From positions 2,112,001-2,176,000 of the forward strand of contig OZ241841.1 of the NCBI GenBank assembly GCA_965202665.1: a DNA stretch of 64,000 bases, read 5' to 3'. Under the pieces are notes generated by a model. It worked only from the letters and a program-made list of their open reading frames with translations. It made no database searches and was not told the DNA's origin. How positions within the stretch are numbered: position 1 is the stretch's first letter; each line of letters begins with the position of its first letter. Below, piece after piece: positions 48,872 through 58,800 of the stretch. Source of the stretch: Candidatus Spongiisociaceae bacterium. Lineage in GTDB: Bacteria > Actinomycetota > Acidimicrobiia > Spongiisociales > Spongiisociaceae. The position numbers and the translations under genes were made by a program.

Positions 48872-49786
48872 ATGACCCCCAAACTTCTCAAAGCCCCCCG
48901 CATGGGCGGTCCCCGCCTGTCCGAAAAAGGGGCCCGGCGCCTGAACATCGCCCTTTTGCTGACCCCCGCCATGGCGGTCATCCTCCTGCTGTTCATGGGC
49001 GGCCTGGTCACCGGTTTCCTGCGCAGTTTGGGCTATTTTCCGCTCATCGGCCTAACCGATTTCAACCTGGCCGCCTACTTTAACATTTTCACCGACAACG
49101 GTTTCATCCGCAGTTTCATCCTCACCTTCCACATCGCTTTTACCTCCACCCTGATCGCCAGCATCCTGGCCATCGCCTCGGCCATGTTGCTCCGCCCCGC
49201 TTTCCGGGGAAAACGGTTCGTCCATTTCATGTTTTCCCTCAACCTGACCATCCCCCATCTGGTGGGGGCGGTGGGCGTGCTCTATCTGTTTTCCGGTAGC
49301 GGGCTGGTGTCCCGCTTGGTGACCGGGGCGGGGCTGATCGACTCCCCGGGCGAGTTTCCGGCCATGGTTTTCGACCCGTGGGCGATCGGGATCATCATCC
49401 AGTACGTGTGGAAGGAGATTCCGTTCATCGGGGTGATCGTGCTGGCCATTTTGCTGTCGGTGGGGGAGGATTACGAGTCGGTGGCCCGTTCGCTGGGCGC
49501 CAACCGCTGGCAGGCTTTCCGGCACGTGACCCTGCCCCTGATCATGCCGGGGGTGGTGTCCGCGTCGGTGATCGTGTTCGCTTTCACTTTCGGGGCGTTT
49601 GAGATTCCCTGGTTGTTGGGGGCGACTTTCCCCAAAGCCCTGCCGGTGCTGGCCTTCGAGTCCTACACCGATGTGGACTTGGCGGCCCGTCCGCAGGCCA
49701 TGGCCATGGCCATGGTGATCGCCTTTATGAGTTCGTTGATGATTTTCGCCTACATGAAACTGTCCCGCCGCTACATCAGGAGCTGA
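48872..49786 (+). CDS. ABC permease (PotB/YnjC-like)
   Basis: WKEIPF; EAA-loop YESVARSLGANRWQAFRHVTLP. Confidence 0.88.
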   Translation: MTPKLLKAPRMGGPRLSEKGARRLNIALLLTPAMAVILLLFMGGLVTGFLRSLGYFPLIGLTDFNLAAYFNIFTDNGFIRSFILTFHIAFTSTLIASILAIASAMLLRPAFRGKRFVHFMFSLNLTIPHLVGAVGVLYLFSGSGLVSRLVTGAGLIDSPGEFPAMVFDPWAIGIIIQYVWKEIPFIGVIVLAILLSVGEDYESVARSLGANRWQAFRHVTLPLIMPGVVSASVIVFAFTFGAFEIPWLLGATFPKALPVLAFESYTDVDLAARPQAMAMAMVIAFMSSLMIFAYMKLSRRYIRS

Positions 49787-49787
49787 A

Positions 49788-50645
49788 GTGAGAGCCCCCT
49801 CCCTCCCCGCCCCCACGGATACCGCCGTCTCCCACCGGGCCGCCTGGCGGGCGACCGGCCGCTGGGTGGGTATCACCGGCCTGCTGGCTTTTCTGGTGGC
49901 CCCCATCGTGCCCCTGTTCATCTGGTCCATCAGTTTCCGCTGGTTCTACCCGGCTATCCTCCCCACCGAATACAGCGGGCGGGCCTGGGCGGAGGTGCTC
50001 AACCCCAACAACGACGTGGTGGGGGTGGCGTGGAACACCGCCCTCATCGCCCTGGTGGTGACTTTGCTGTCCGTTCTGTTCGGGGTGCCCGCCGGGCGGG
50101 CCCTCGGTTTGTACGAGTTCCGGGGCAAGCGCATCGTGGAATGGATGATCCTGGCCCCCATCATCGTCCCCGGCCTGGCGGTGGTGCTGGGCATCCACGT
50201 CCTGTTCATCCGGGCCAACCTGTCCAACACCCTGCTGGGGGTGATCCTGGTGCATCTGGTGCCCACCTTGCCCTATATGACGCTGGTGATGTCGGGGGTG
50301 TTCGCCAACTACGACACAGATTTCGAACTGCAGGCCCGCTCCCTGGGGGCGGGCCGCCTGAAAACCCAGTGGTACGTGACCTTGCCCGCCATCTTCCCGG
50401 GGGTGGTGGTGGGGGCCCTGTTCGCTTTCATCATTTCCTGGAGCCAATACGTGCTGACCCTGCTCATCGGAGGCGGCCAAATCCAGACCCTGCCCCTGCT
50501 CCTGTTCAGCTTCGTCCGCTCCGACCCGGCCATCGCCGGGGCGTTGAGCGTGGTGTTCATTTTGCCCGCGGTGCTGGTGCTCCTGCTCAGCTCCCGCTAT
50601 CTGTCCGGCGACAACGCCGCCGTAGGAGGGATCGGAAACATATGA
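49788..50645 (+). CDS. ABC permease (PotC-like)
   Basis: LAPIIVP; FELQARSLGAG...VTLPAIFPG. Confidence 0.88.
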   Translation: MRAPSLPAPTDTAVSHRAAWRATGRWVGITGLLAFLVAPIVPLFIWSISFRWFYPAILPTEYSGRAWAEVLNPNNDVVGVAWNTALIALVVTLLSVLFGVPAGRALGLYEFRGKRIVEWMILAPIIVPGLAVVLGIHVLFIRANLSNTLLGVILVHLVPTLPYMTLVMSGVFANYDTDFELQARSLGAGRLKTQWYVTLPAIFPGVVVGALFAFIISWSQYVLTLLIGGGQIQTLPLLLFSFVRSDPAIAGALSVVFILPAVLVLLLSSRYLSGDNAAVGGIGNI

Positions 50646-51760
50646 CACAGGTACGCCTCGACCAGCTGACCAAAATCTTCGACGAGAAGTCCGACCCGGC
50701 CGTGGACCGGTTCGACTTGGACATCGAATCCGGGAAACTGACCGCCCTGCTGGGGCCGTCCGGGTGCGGCAAAACCACCACCATGAAAATGATCGCCGGG
50801 TTGCTCCGCCCCACCTCCGGGGACATCCTGTTCGACGGCGACTCCATCGTCAACGTCGCCCCCGAGGAGCGGGGGGCGGTGATGGTCTTCCAGAACTACC
50901 TGCTCTTCCCCTATATGAGCATCGCCGACAACATCGGGTTTGGCCTGAAAATGCGGGGGGTGCCCCGCCGGGAAATCCGCCAACGGGTGGGGGACATGCT
51001 GGACTTGGTGCAACTGCCCGGCTTCGAAGGCCGCAAACCGAGCCAGCTGTCGGGCGGCCAGCAACAGCGCATCGCCCTGGCCCGGGCCCTCATCATCCAG
51101 CCCAACGTGCTCCTGTTGGACGAGCCGCTCAGCAACCTGGACGCCCACCTGCGGGACGAAATGCGGGATCTGATTCGGGGCATCCAAACCGAGCTGGGGA
51201 TCACCACCGTGTTCGTCACCCACGACCAGGAGGAGGCGGTGGTGCTGGCCGACCGCATCGCCCTCCTTTTCGAAGGCCGGTTGCAGCAGTTCGCCTCCCC
51301 CGACGCCTTCTACGAAAATCCTCTCAGCGTGGAGATAGCCAAGTTCTTCGGCGGCGCCAATTTCATCCCCGGGGTGAAAACCGGGGACGAGGTGGCCACC
51401 GAAGTGGGCACTTTTTCCGCCCCGCACGGGGTGGCGGAGGACGGACCGGCGGTGCTCAGCATCCGCCCCGAGGCGGTGGAGTTGGACGGCCGCGGCTACA
51501 ATTCGGCCCGGGGGGTGATCCGCTCCCATGTCTACGTGGGCCGTTTTTCCCGCTTCCGCATTTCCCTGGGGGAGTACGAGGTGGAGGCGGTGACCGAACC
51601 GGGCCGCGTGAAGGACTTTTCGGACGGGGACGAGGTGATGGTGCGGTTCGACCCGGACAAAATCTGGGTGCTGGGACCCAACGGCCCCCCCGCTCCGGAC
51701 GGCCCTCCCGCCCCGGACGGCCCCGCCTCGCTTCCCGCCCCTAGTCCGCTTGAGCCCTGA
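50642..51760 (+). CDS. ABC ATPase (PotA-like)
   Basis: GPSGCGKTT, FQNY, LSGGQQQR, LDEPLSNLD, VTHDQEEA. Confidence 0.92.
   Translation: MTQVRLDQLTKIFDEKSDPAVDRFDLDIESGKLTALLGPSGCGKTTTMKMIAGLLRPTSGDILFDGDSIVNVAPEERGAVMVFQNYLLFPYMSIADNIGFGLKMRGVPRREIRQRVGDMLDLVQLPGFEGRKPSQLSGGQQQRIALARALIIQPNVLLLDEPLSNLDAHLRDEMRDLIRGIQTELGITTVFVTHDQEEAVVLADRIALLFEGRLQQFASPDAFYENPLSVEIAKFFGGANFIPGVKTGDEVATEVGTFSAPHGVAEDGPAVLSIRPEAVELDGRGYNSARGVIRSHVYVGRFSRFRISLGEYEVEAVTEPGRVKDFSDGDEVMVRFDPDKIWVLGPNGPPAPDGPPAPDGPASLPAPSPLEP
51681..51727 (+). repeat. 18-bp tandem repeat (x2.5) encoding a GPPAPD tail
   Basis: acggcccccccgctccgg acggccctcccgccccgg acggccccgcc. Confidence 0.7.
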
Positions 51761-52944
51761 CCGGGAGCGGCGCCCGGTGGGGCCTGGTTGCGGCCGGGTG
51801 GTCGGTTTACGCCTTCTACTACCTGGGGCGGGTCAATTTTTCGGCGGCGGTGCCCGGCCTGGAGTCGGAAATGGGCTTCACCCCCTCCCAGATCGGGTTT
51901 TTGGCGGCCGGGTTCTTCTGGGTTTATTCCCTGTCGGTGGCCCCCGTCGGCAAGCTGGCGGACCGCATCGGAACCCGCTGGCTGGTGGGACTGGGTTTGA
52001 CGGGAAGCGGCTTGGCCAACATCTGGTTCGCCTACGCCGGTTCTTTCGGCCCGGCTTTGGCGGCCTGGTCGGCCAACGGGGTTTTCCAGGCCATGGGCTG
52101 GACGCCGCTGCTGGGGGCGTTGCGCCGCTGGGTCCCCCCGGAGCGGGCCTCCCGGGTCATCGCCTCTTTCGGTTCCTGCTTCGTGGCCGGCACGGCCCTC
52201 GCTTTGGCCCTGGGCGGGGTCATCGCGGAACGGGCCGGGGCGCAACGGGTGTTTCTGGCGGCGGCGGCGGTCCTGATTCCCCTCGGTTTGGCGTGGTGGG
52301 CGGCGGTGCGGGATCCGATGGAGAAGCCGCGCCCGGCCCGGGCCGGGGCGGGGCCGGGGGCGCGCCGGGCGGTTCCGCTGTTGGTTCCGGCAGCGGCCAT
52401 CGGGGCCGTCTTCGTGGCCCTGGTGGTGTGGACCCCCGCCTACTTCGCGCAGGTCCACGGCCTGTCCGAATCCCGGGCCGGGGCCCTGTCGGCGGTTCTG
52501 CCCGCTTTGGCCGTCGCCGTCACTTTCCTGGCCGGCCGCTGGTTCCGGCGGGCGGAGGGGCCCCGGGCGGCGGCGGGGGGCGGGGTTCTGCTGGCGGCGG
52601 CCGCCCTGGCGTTGGCGGCGGCGGCCGGGGCCTCCGGGTTGGCGGCCGGTTTTGCGGCGATGGCGGCCGCCACCGCCCTGGTGGGCGCCGCCTCTTCGGT
52701 TACGCTGGGGCTGTTTCCCCGCCTGCTGGACGACGCGCAGGCGGCTTTCACCGGCGGTATTTTCGTGTTGGCTTTCAACTTGGGGGGCGGGGCGGCTTCG
52801 CCGGTGATGGGCCGCTTGGTGGAGCGGGGTTCCTGGAACCTGGCTTTCCTGTTCCTGGCGGCCTGCGCCGCGGCGGGGGCCCTTTGGACGGGGGGATGGT
52901 ACGCGAAGGCGAAGAGAAAAGGAGGAGCGGGCGATGAGGGTTGA
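51757..52944 (+). CDS. MFS transporter (GlpT/UhpC-like)
   Basis: YAFYYLGRVNFS TM1 in frame upstream of 51850; GKLADRIG motif A; NGVFQAMGW; likely CTG start. Confidence 0.8.
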   Translation: MTGSGARWGLVAAGWSVYAFYYLGRVNFSAAVPGLESEMGFTPSQIGFLAAGFFWVYSLSVAPVGKLADRIGTRWLVGLGLTGSGLANIWFAYAGSFGPALAAWSANGVFQAMGWTPLLGALRRWVPPERASRVIASFGSCFVAGTALALALGGVIAERAGAQRVFLAAAAVLIPLGLAWWAAVRDPMEKPRPARAGAGPGARRAVPLLVPAAAIGAVFVALVVWTPAYFAQVHGLSESRAGALSAVLPALAVAVTFLAGRWFRRAEGPRAAAGGGVLLAAAALALAAAAGASGLAAGFAAMAAATALVGAASSVTLGLFPRLLDDAQAAFTGGIFVLAFNLGGGAASPVMGRLVERGSWNLAFLFLAACAAAGALWTGGWYAKAKRKGGAGDEG

Positions 52945-54583
52945 CGACTGCGATCTGCTGGCCTTCGGCGGCTACCGGGAGATAAAAGACGGGTTCGCCT
53001 GGGACATCCCGGAGCGGATGAACATGGCGGCCGAGATTTTCGACCGGTGGGCCGACGACCGGCGCCGGGCGGCCCTGTACGTGGAGAAAGCCGACGGGCG
53101 GCGGGAGGTTTGGTCTTTCTGGAGCCTCATCCGTCTGGCGAAACGCTACGCTAATTTTCTGGCTTCGCTGGGGGCGGGGCGGGGCGACCGGGTGGCGCTG
53201 GTGATGCCGCAGGGGGCGGAACTGGCCGCCCTGCATCTGGCCGTCTATTCGCTGGGGGCGGTGGCCCTGCCCATGTCCAGCCTGTACGGGCCGGACACCT
53301 ACCGCCACATCCTGTCCGATTCGGGGGCGGGGATCATCGCGGTGGACGAGCGGTTCGCCGACCCCATCCGGTCCATCCGGGACGGCCTGCCCGATCTGCG
53401 CACGGTGGCGGTCGCCGGCCGCCCCGGCCCGGGCGAAGTCGGTTTGGCGGAGGCGGAGGGCTTTCCGCCCGCGTTTTCACCCGTCGATTCCGCCGCCGAA
53501 GACCCGGCCCTGCTGCTTTACACGTCGGGCAGCACCGGCCATCCCAAAGGGGCTTTGCACGCCCACCGCATCCTGGAAGGCTATCTGCTCACTTTCAAAC
53601 TGTTTTTCAACATAGAGTTCGATCAGTCCACCGTGTTTTACACCCCCTCCGACTGGGCCTGGGTGGGGGGCCTGCTGGACATTCTGCTGCCCGCTTTGCT
53701 GTTCGGCCATCCGGTGGTGGCCGACGAAAGCCGGTTTTCGGGGGAGCGGTCGTTTGAGGTGATGGCCCGCTACGGGGTGACGCACGCTTTTCTCACCCCC
53801 ACCGCTTTGAAGGTGATGGCCCAGGCGCCGGAGCCGGGCGCCGCCTACGACTTGGATGTGCGGGTCATCGCCTCCGGCGGCGAGTCGGTGGCCGACGAAC
53901 TGCACCGGTGGAGCGAACGGGAGCTGGGGGCGGTCATCAACGAGTTTTACGGGCTGACCGAAGTGAACCACCTGGTGGGCGGCTGTTCCGCTCTGTGGCC
54001 GGGGCGGCCGGGCTGGATGGGGCTTCCCTATCCGGGACGGGAGGTGGCGGTGCTGAACGAGGACGGCTCGGCGGCCGCCGACGGGGAAATCGGGGAAATC
54101 GGGGTGCGCCCGGGCGACCCCACCGGAATGCTGGAATACTGGGGCCGCCCGCAGGCCGCCGCCGACCGGGTGCGGGGCGGCTGGATCATGACCGGGGATC
54201 AGGCGGTGCGCGACCGGGACGGCTACATCCGGTTTCTGGGGCGGGACGACGACATGATTTCCAGCGCCGGCTACCGCATCGGCCCGGCCGAGGTGGAGGA
54301 ATGCCTGGTGCGCCATCCAGCGGTGGCGGAAGCGGCCGCCGTCCCCGCCCCCGACCGGTTGCGGGGGCAGGTGGTGAAGGCCCTGGTGGTGCCCGCCGAA
54401 GGTTGCGTCGGGAGCGAAGAGTTGGCGACTGAGTTGCAACAGCAGGTGAAGACGCAACTGGCCGCCTACAAGTATCCCCGCCTGGTGGAGTTCCGGGACC
54501 GCCTGCCCAAAACTTCCACCGGTAAGATAAACCGCAAAGTTCTAGCCGCCGCCGAGCGGGAGAAAGGAGACGACCATGCTTGA
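52934..54583 (+). CDS. Acyl-CoA synthetase (AMP-binding)
   Basis: YTSGSTGHPKG, DWAWVGG, FYGLTE, TGD, GRDDD...GYRIGPAEVE, LPKTSTGK. Confidence 0.92.
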   Translation: MRVDDCDLLAFGGYREIKDGFAWDIPERMNMAAEIFDRWADDRRRAALYVEKADGRREVWSFWSLIRLAKRYANFLASLGAGRGDRVALVMPQGAELAALHLAVYSLGAVALPMSSLYGPDTYRHILSDSGAGIIAVDERFADPIRSIRDGLPDLRTVAVAGRPGPGEVGLAEAEGFPPAFSPVDSAAEDPALLLYTSGSTGHPKGALHAHRILEGYLLTFKLFFNIEFDQSTVFYTPSDWAWVGGLLDILLPALLFGHPVVADESRFSGERSFEVMARYGVTHAFLTPTALKVMAQAPEPGAAYDLDVRVIASGGESVADELHRWSERELGAVINEFYGLTEVNHLVGGCSALWPGRPGWMGLPYPGREVAVLNEDGSAAADGEIGEIGVRPGDPTGMLEYWGRPQAAADRVRGGWIMTGDQAVRDRDGYIRFLGRDDDMISSAGYRIGPAEVEECLVRHPAVAEAAAVPAPDRLRGQVVKALVVPAEGCVGSEELATELQQQVKTQLAAYKYPRLVEFRDRLPKTSTGKINRKVLAAAEREKGDDHA

Positions 54584-54971
54584 CGACCTGGCCCGGGAGT
54601 TGGCCTCCGGTCCCAACTTCGCTTCTTTGGCCACCATCCTGCCGGACGGGACGCCGCAGGTGCATCTGATGTGGGTGGACACCGACGGGGAGAACATCCT
54701 GATCAACACCGAGACGCACCGCCGCAAGTTTAAGAACATGACGGCCAACCCGGCGGCCACGGTTCTGATAGTGCATCGGGACAACCCGTGGCGGTACGCC
54801 GAGGTGCGGGGGGAGGTGGCGGGGACGGTGACCGGCCCCGAAGCCCGGGCCCACATCGACGAGTTGGCCCGCAAGTACCTGGGGGTGGACGAGTATCCCA
54901 ACCCGATCCAGTCGGAGCGGGTGATAGTCAAAATCGCCCCCCGGCGGGTTTTCACCCTTTCCCTGGGTTAG
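54576..54971 (+). CDS. PPOX class F420-dependent oxidoreductase
   Basis: LATILPDGTPQ, RRKFKN, NPWRYAEVRG, IDELARKYLG. Confidence 0.88.
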   Translation: MLDDLARELASGPNFASLATILPDGTPQVHLMWVDTDGENILINTETHRRKFKNMTANPAATVLIVHRDNPWRYAEVRGEVAGTVTGPEARAHIDELARKYLGVDEYPNPIQSERVIVKIAPRRVFTLSLG

Positions 54972-54978
54972 AGGCGGG

Positions 54979-55710
54979 TTGTTCTCCTACCATCCGGAGG
55001 TGCCGGCCCGGTTTCCTACCATCCGGGCCGGGGTGGCGCTGGCCGCCGGTTTGAGCAACGGCCCTTCCCCGCCCGCCCTGCTGGAACAATTTCGGGCCCA
55101 GCAACGGAAGACGCTGGCCGAACTGGGGGGCGCGCCGCTGTCCGAGGTTCCGTCGCTGGCCGCCTGGCGCCGGGTGTTCGCCGGTTTCGGGGTGAAGCCC
55201 ACCCAGTATCGAAATGCGGCCGAGGCCCTGTTGCGCCGCCTGACTAAACAGGGGGATATCCCGTCCCTCAACCTGTTGACGGATTTGGGAAATCTGGTGG
55301 CGGTGCGCCATCGTCTGCCGGTGGCGGTGCTGGACGCGGGTGCGGTGGCCGGATCTTTGACGGTGCGGTTCGCCGACGGTTCGGAAAGTTTCACCGGCCT
55401 GGGAGCGGGGGAGTCGTCCCCAGAGCCGGGCGAGGTGGTGTTCATCGACGAGGCGGGAACGGTGAGCGCCCGCCGCTGGTGCTGGCGCCAAAGCGCGGCC
55501 ACCGCCGCCGGCCCCGGCACCGAAACGGCCCTGTTCACCGTGGAAGCCCACCACGAAACCGCCGCCCCCGACACCGCCCGGGCCGTAGCGGACATAAAGG
55601 CCCTGTTGGAGGAACACCAACCAACCGCCCGTTGCCAAACCGCCCTGCTATCCCCCCAATCCCCAATATTCACCATTACCAAAAACGAAAATCAATCCCA
55701 AACCAGATAG
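54979..55710 (+). CDS. B3/B4 domain protein (tRNA-editing-like)
   Basis: AAWRRVF...KPTQYRNAAEALLRR, PSLNLLTD, GEVVF, RRWCWRQS. Confidence 0.85.
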   Translation: MFSYHPEVPARFPTIRAGVALAAGLSNGPSPPALLEQFRAQQRKTLAELGGAPLSEVPSLAAWRRVFAGFGVKPTQYRNAAEALLRRLTKQGDIPSLNLLTDLGNLVAVRHRLPVAVLDAGAVAGSLTVRFADGSESFTGLGAGESSPEPGEVVFIDEAGTVSARRWCWRQSAATAAGPGTETALFTVEAHHETAAPDTARAVADIKALLEEHQPTARCQTALLSPQSPIFTITKNENQSQTR

Positions 55711-55814
55711 CCCCCTTTAGCGGGCGGCCCGGACAGGGACACGGCGCAACCCGAAAAAAATTTCACCTCCGCCAATAAACAGGAATGGCCTCCCTGACAA
55801 TTGCCCCGATTAAG

Positions 55815-55845
55815 TTGCCCCCCCCCCCCCAATTATGTGTATAGT
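55815..55845 (+). promoter_or_regulatory. Putative promoter with C13 tract in the spacer
   Basis: TTGCCC 55815-55820, poly-C 55818-55830, TATAGT 55840-55845 (19-bp spacer). Confidence 0.5.
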
Positions 55846-55871
55846 CACATTCAACGGGGAAGTGGATCTGT

Positions 55872-58800
55872 ATGACGACAAGCGAAACCGCTCAGGGCGC
55901 AATGATGGAAGGCGTCCATCGCCCTATGCCCGCGCTTGCCCCCAAACTGTTTTGGTTCCTCGTCGCCGTTGCCGTCGGTGCCACTCTCCTTCTAGCCGCC
56001 CCCCCTTCCCCAGCCCAGGAAACCACCCCCGAGACCGCGCCCGCAACTCCCACGATCACCCTAAGCGTAAACCAGACCAGCGTGACGGAGAGCAGTAGCA
56101 ATATTTCTATTTCCGTAACAGCGACGGCGAGCGAGGCGGTTTCATCCCCAACAACGGTAATGGTTGAAATAGGTAGAAACGATGATTCTGCGATGCGAGG
56201 AACAGATTATGCTTATGTAGCACCATTTCACATTATTATTGCGTCAGGGGGTATGACGGGAACGAGCAGTTTCAATTTGGCCAGTACCGACGACAATGTA
56301 GCGGGAGAGGGATCAGAGACCATCACGGTTTCCGGCACTGTAGCCGGTTTCACGGTTAACGGCACCTCCATCACTCTTGCGGATGCCGACACTGCGGTCA
56401 CCCTTAGCGTCGATTCAAGCAGAGCGGCTGAGAGCAGTGGTGATATTCCAATGACCGTGAAGGCTACCGTGGCCGTGGCTTTGTCATCAAATTTGGATAT
56501 AACGGTAAGTGTGGGAAGTAATCGTGATACGGCGGTGAGCGGGACAGATTATAAGGAGATAGGCGATGTTGTTATAACACTACTAGAAGGTCAAACGGAA
56601 ATCTCAACAATACTTAATCTGGCTGATACGGATGATAATATAGCAGGAGAAGGATCTGAATTTCTTACGATTACAGGTAGTAGTAGCGATTCTGATTTCA
56701 TCTTTGGTAGTGCTTCTTTCATTTTAACTGATGCGGATTCTCTGCCATCCGGTATTACATTAACGGCGGATACGAACAGTAGAATATCGGGTTTGCAACA
56801 GAACATAGAAGAAGGTAATGGGACAGTCACCGTTACCGTTACGGCTTCTTTCCCTGCTAACTACTCCACCGTTTTAGCTTATGATGTCAAAATTCGTATT
56901 ACAGGAGGTAGTTCGAGTGATAGTGCTTCTCCCGGAGCAGACTATAGATTGCCTGCTGGGTATGTTACTATTAAGGCTGGAAGCACTAGTTCGGTTGATA
57001 CTGCTTTTACTCTGACTGTAATAGATGACAACTATGCAGGTGAAGGCGATGAAATCCTAACCTTGTCTGGTTCCCACGCGACATTTACCGTTACGAATAC
57101 TACTTTGACTATCAAAGATAATGATGAAAAATCAACTACAATAAATTTGAGCGTTACGGGAAATGGAGTTGAAGGCGAATCAAAGAAAATAACTGTTACC
57201 GGTTCTTTCCCAGCCGGTTCCGCGGTTCTAGTGTCAAATACTTCTGTAAGCATTACTTTTGCTGGCACTGCTGATTCTAGAGGGGATTTTATAACAATAC
57301 TTCCGAAAACTCTAAACATCGCTAGTGGACAATCCAGCAGTTCAGTATCTTTCAATTTAACCGCAAAGGAAGATACTGTGGTTGAGGGTGCTGAGATCAT
57401 AAATGTTACTGGAACCGCTACTGATTTCTCCATTAACGGATCGAAGATTACGATTCTTGATAATGATCTCGTTTTAAGTATAGATACTGATGCTAATACT
57501 GCTGGAAATCAGAATACGATTGATGAAGATAGCGGTACTGCTACTGTAATGATTACTGCTAAATTCCTTGGTTCAGGTACTTTGGCTAAAAGCACAGCGG
57601 TATCTATTACAGTAGGAAAGGATAGCGATTCTGCTACTAAAGGCTCAACCAAAGATTATACTATAACGAGTTCCTTACCTGCTATAACTATTCCGGCAGG
57701 GAGTTCGCAAGTCTCGGCTACTTTTACATTTAGCATTAATAACGACACAGAACACGAGAAAGATGAAACTATAACTATTGTCGGCGGTGCTACAGGCTTT
57801 GTTATAGGCGATGTAGAGATGAATATACGCGATAATGACATTGGATTAAGTATTTCTCCCGAGTCTACATATGAGTTTGCCCAAAATGTAGAGTTTGAAG
57901 TAACAGCTGAACTTCCGTACGGTACAGCACCCGCTGGTGGAATCACTATTGGAGTTGTAATAGGCAAAAGTAGCGATTCGGCGACCACCAATTATTATAA
58001 GGTTGTAGGTGATGATTTTACGCTCACTATTCCACACACGAAAGCAAAAGGTTCTATTAGATTTAGGTTGAATTTAACGGAGGACGATACTATCATAGGG
58101 CCGGAAAAGATTTCTGTATATGCTAAATTCCAGGACTCTGATACCATAAATTCCAGTAAGTATGGTATCGATGAAACCTATATTCGAATAGTAAACTATA
58201 CAAGAATTCCCATATCTCTTTCTATTAGAGGTAGAGGTACAGGAAGCCTAACAGAAGTGGATGAAGGTAGTGATAATCGTATGTGGCTACAGATGAGAGT
58301 TAATGGAACACCATCTGTACCACATCGGGTACCTTTATCATATCGAGGCTCAGCTACATATAGGAATAGTAGCTCATCTGTCCGAGATCCTTTGGAGGAT
58401 TTCACAACTGTTGAACCAATACTGTGGTTAGCTCGATTTTCTTCTATTTCTACCATCGAATTTAACCTGAATGATGATGACCTAGCAGAGGGGCCAGAGG
58501 AATTTTCTGTACGGGCTATTTTTGGTTCTTATTTTTTTATTAGTAATACTATAAGAATTCTAGATAATGACGTTGCGCCTGATACCGTTTCTTTGAGCGT
58601 GGATTTGGACAAGGATACTGAAGGAAATCAGGATATAATTGGAGAGGGGGATGCCACCGTTGAGGTGAAGGTTACGGCCAGCCTGCCGACCGGGTCCAAC
58701 GCCTTCGGGTCGAATACCACCATCACCGTGATGGTGGAAGGGAAAGGAACCATCGGCAAAGCCGAGGCTACTGATTTCACTACAGTGGACAATTTTGATG

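Noticed and set aside
923-55778. Many long overlapping ORFs in the track (e.g. 3690-5723+, 11955-14246-, 23872-26043-, 34002-36377-)
   Set aside because: Antisense or alternate-frame shadows of well-supported genes, expected in high-GC DNA; no family motifs
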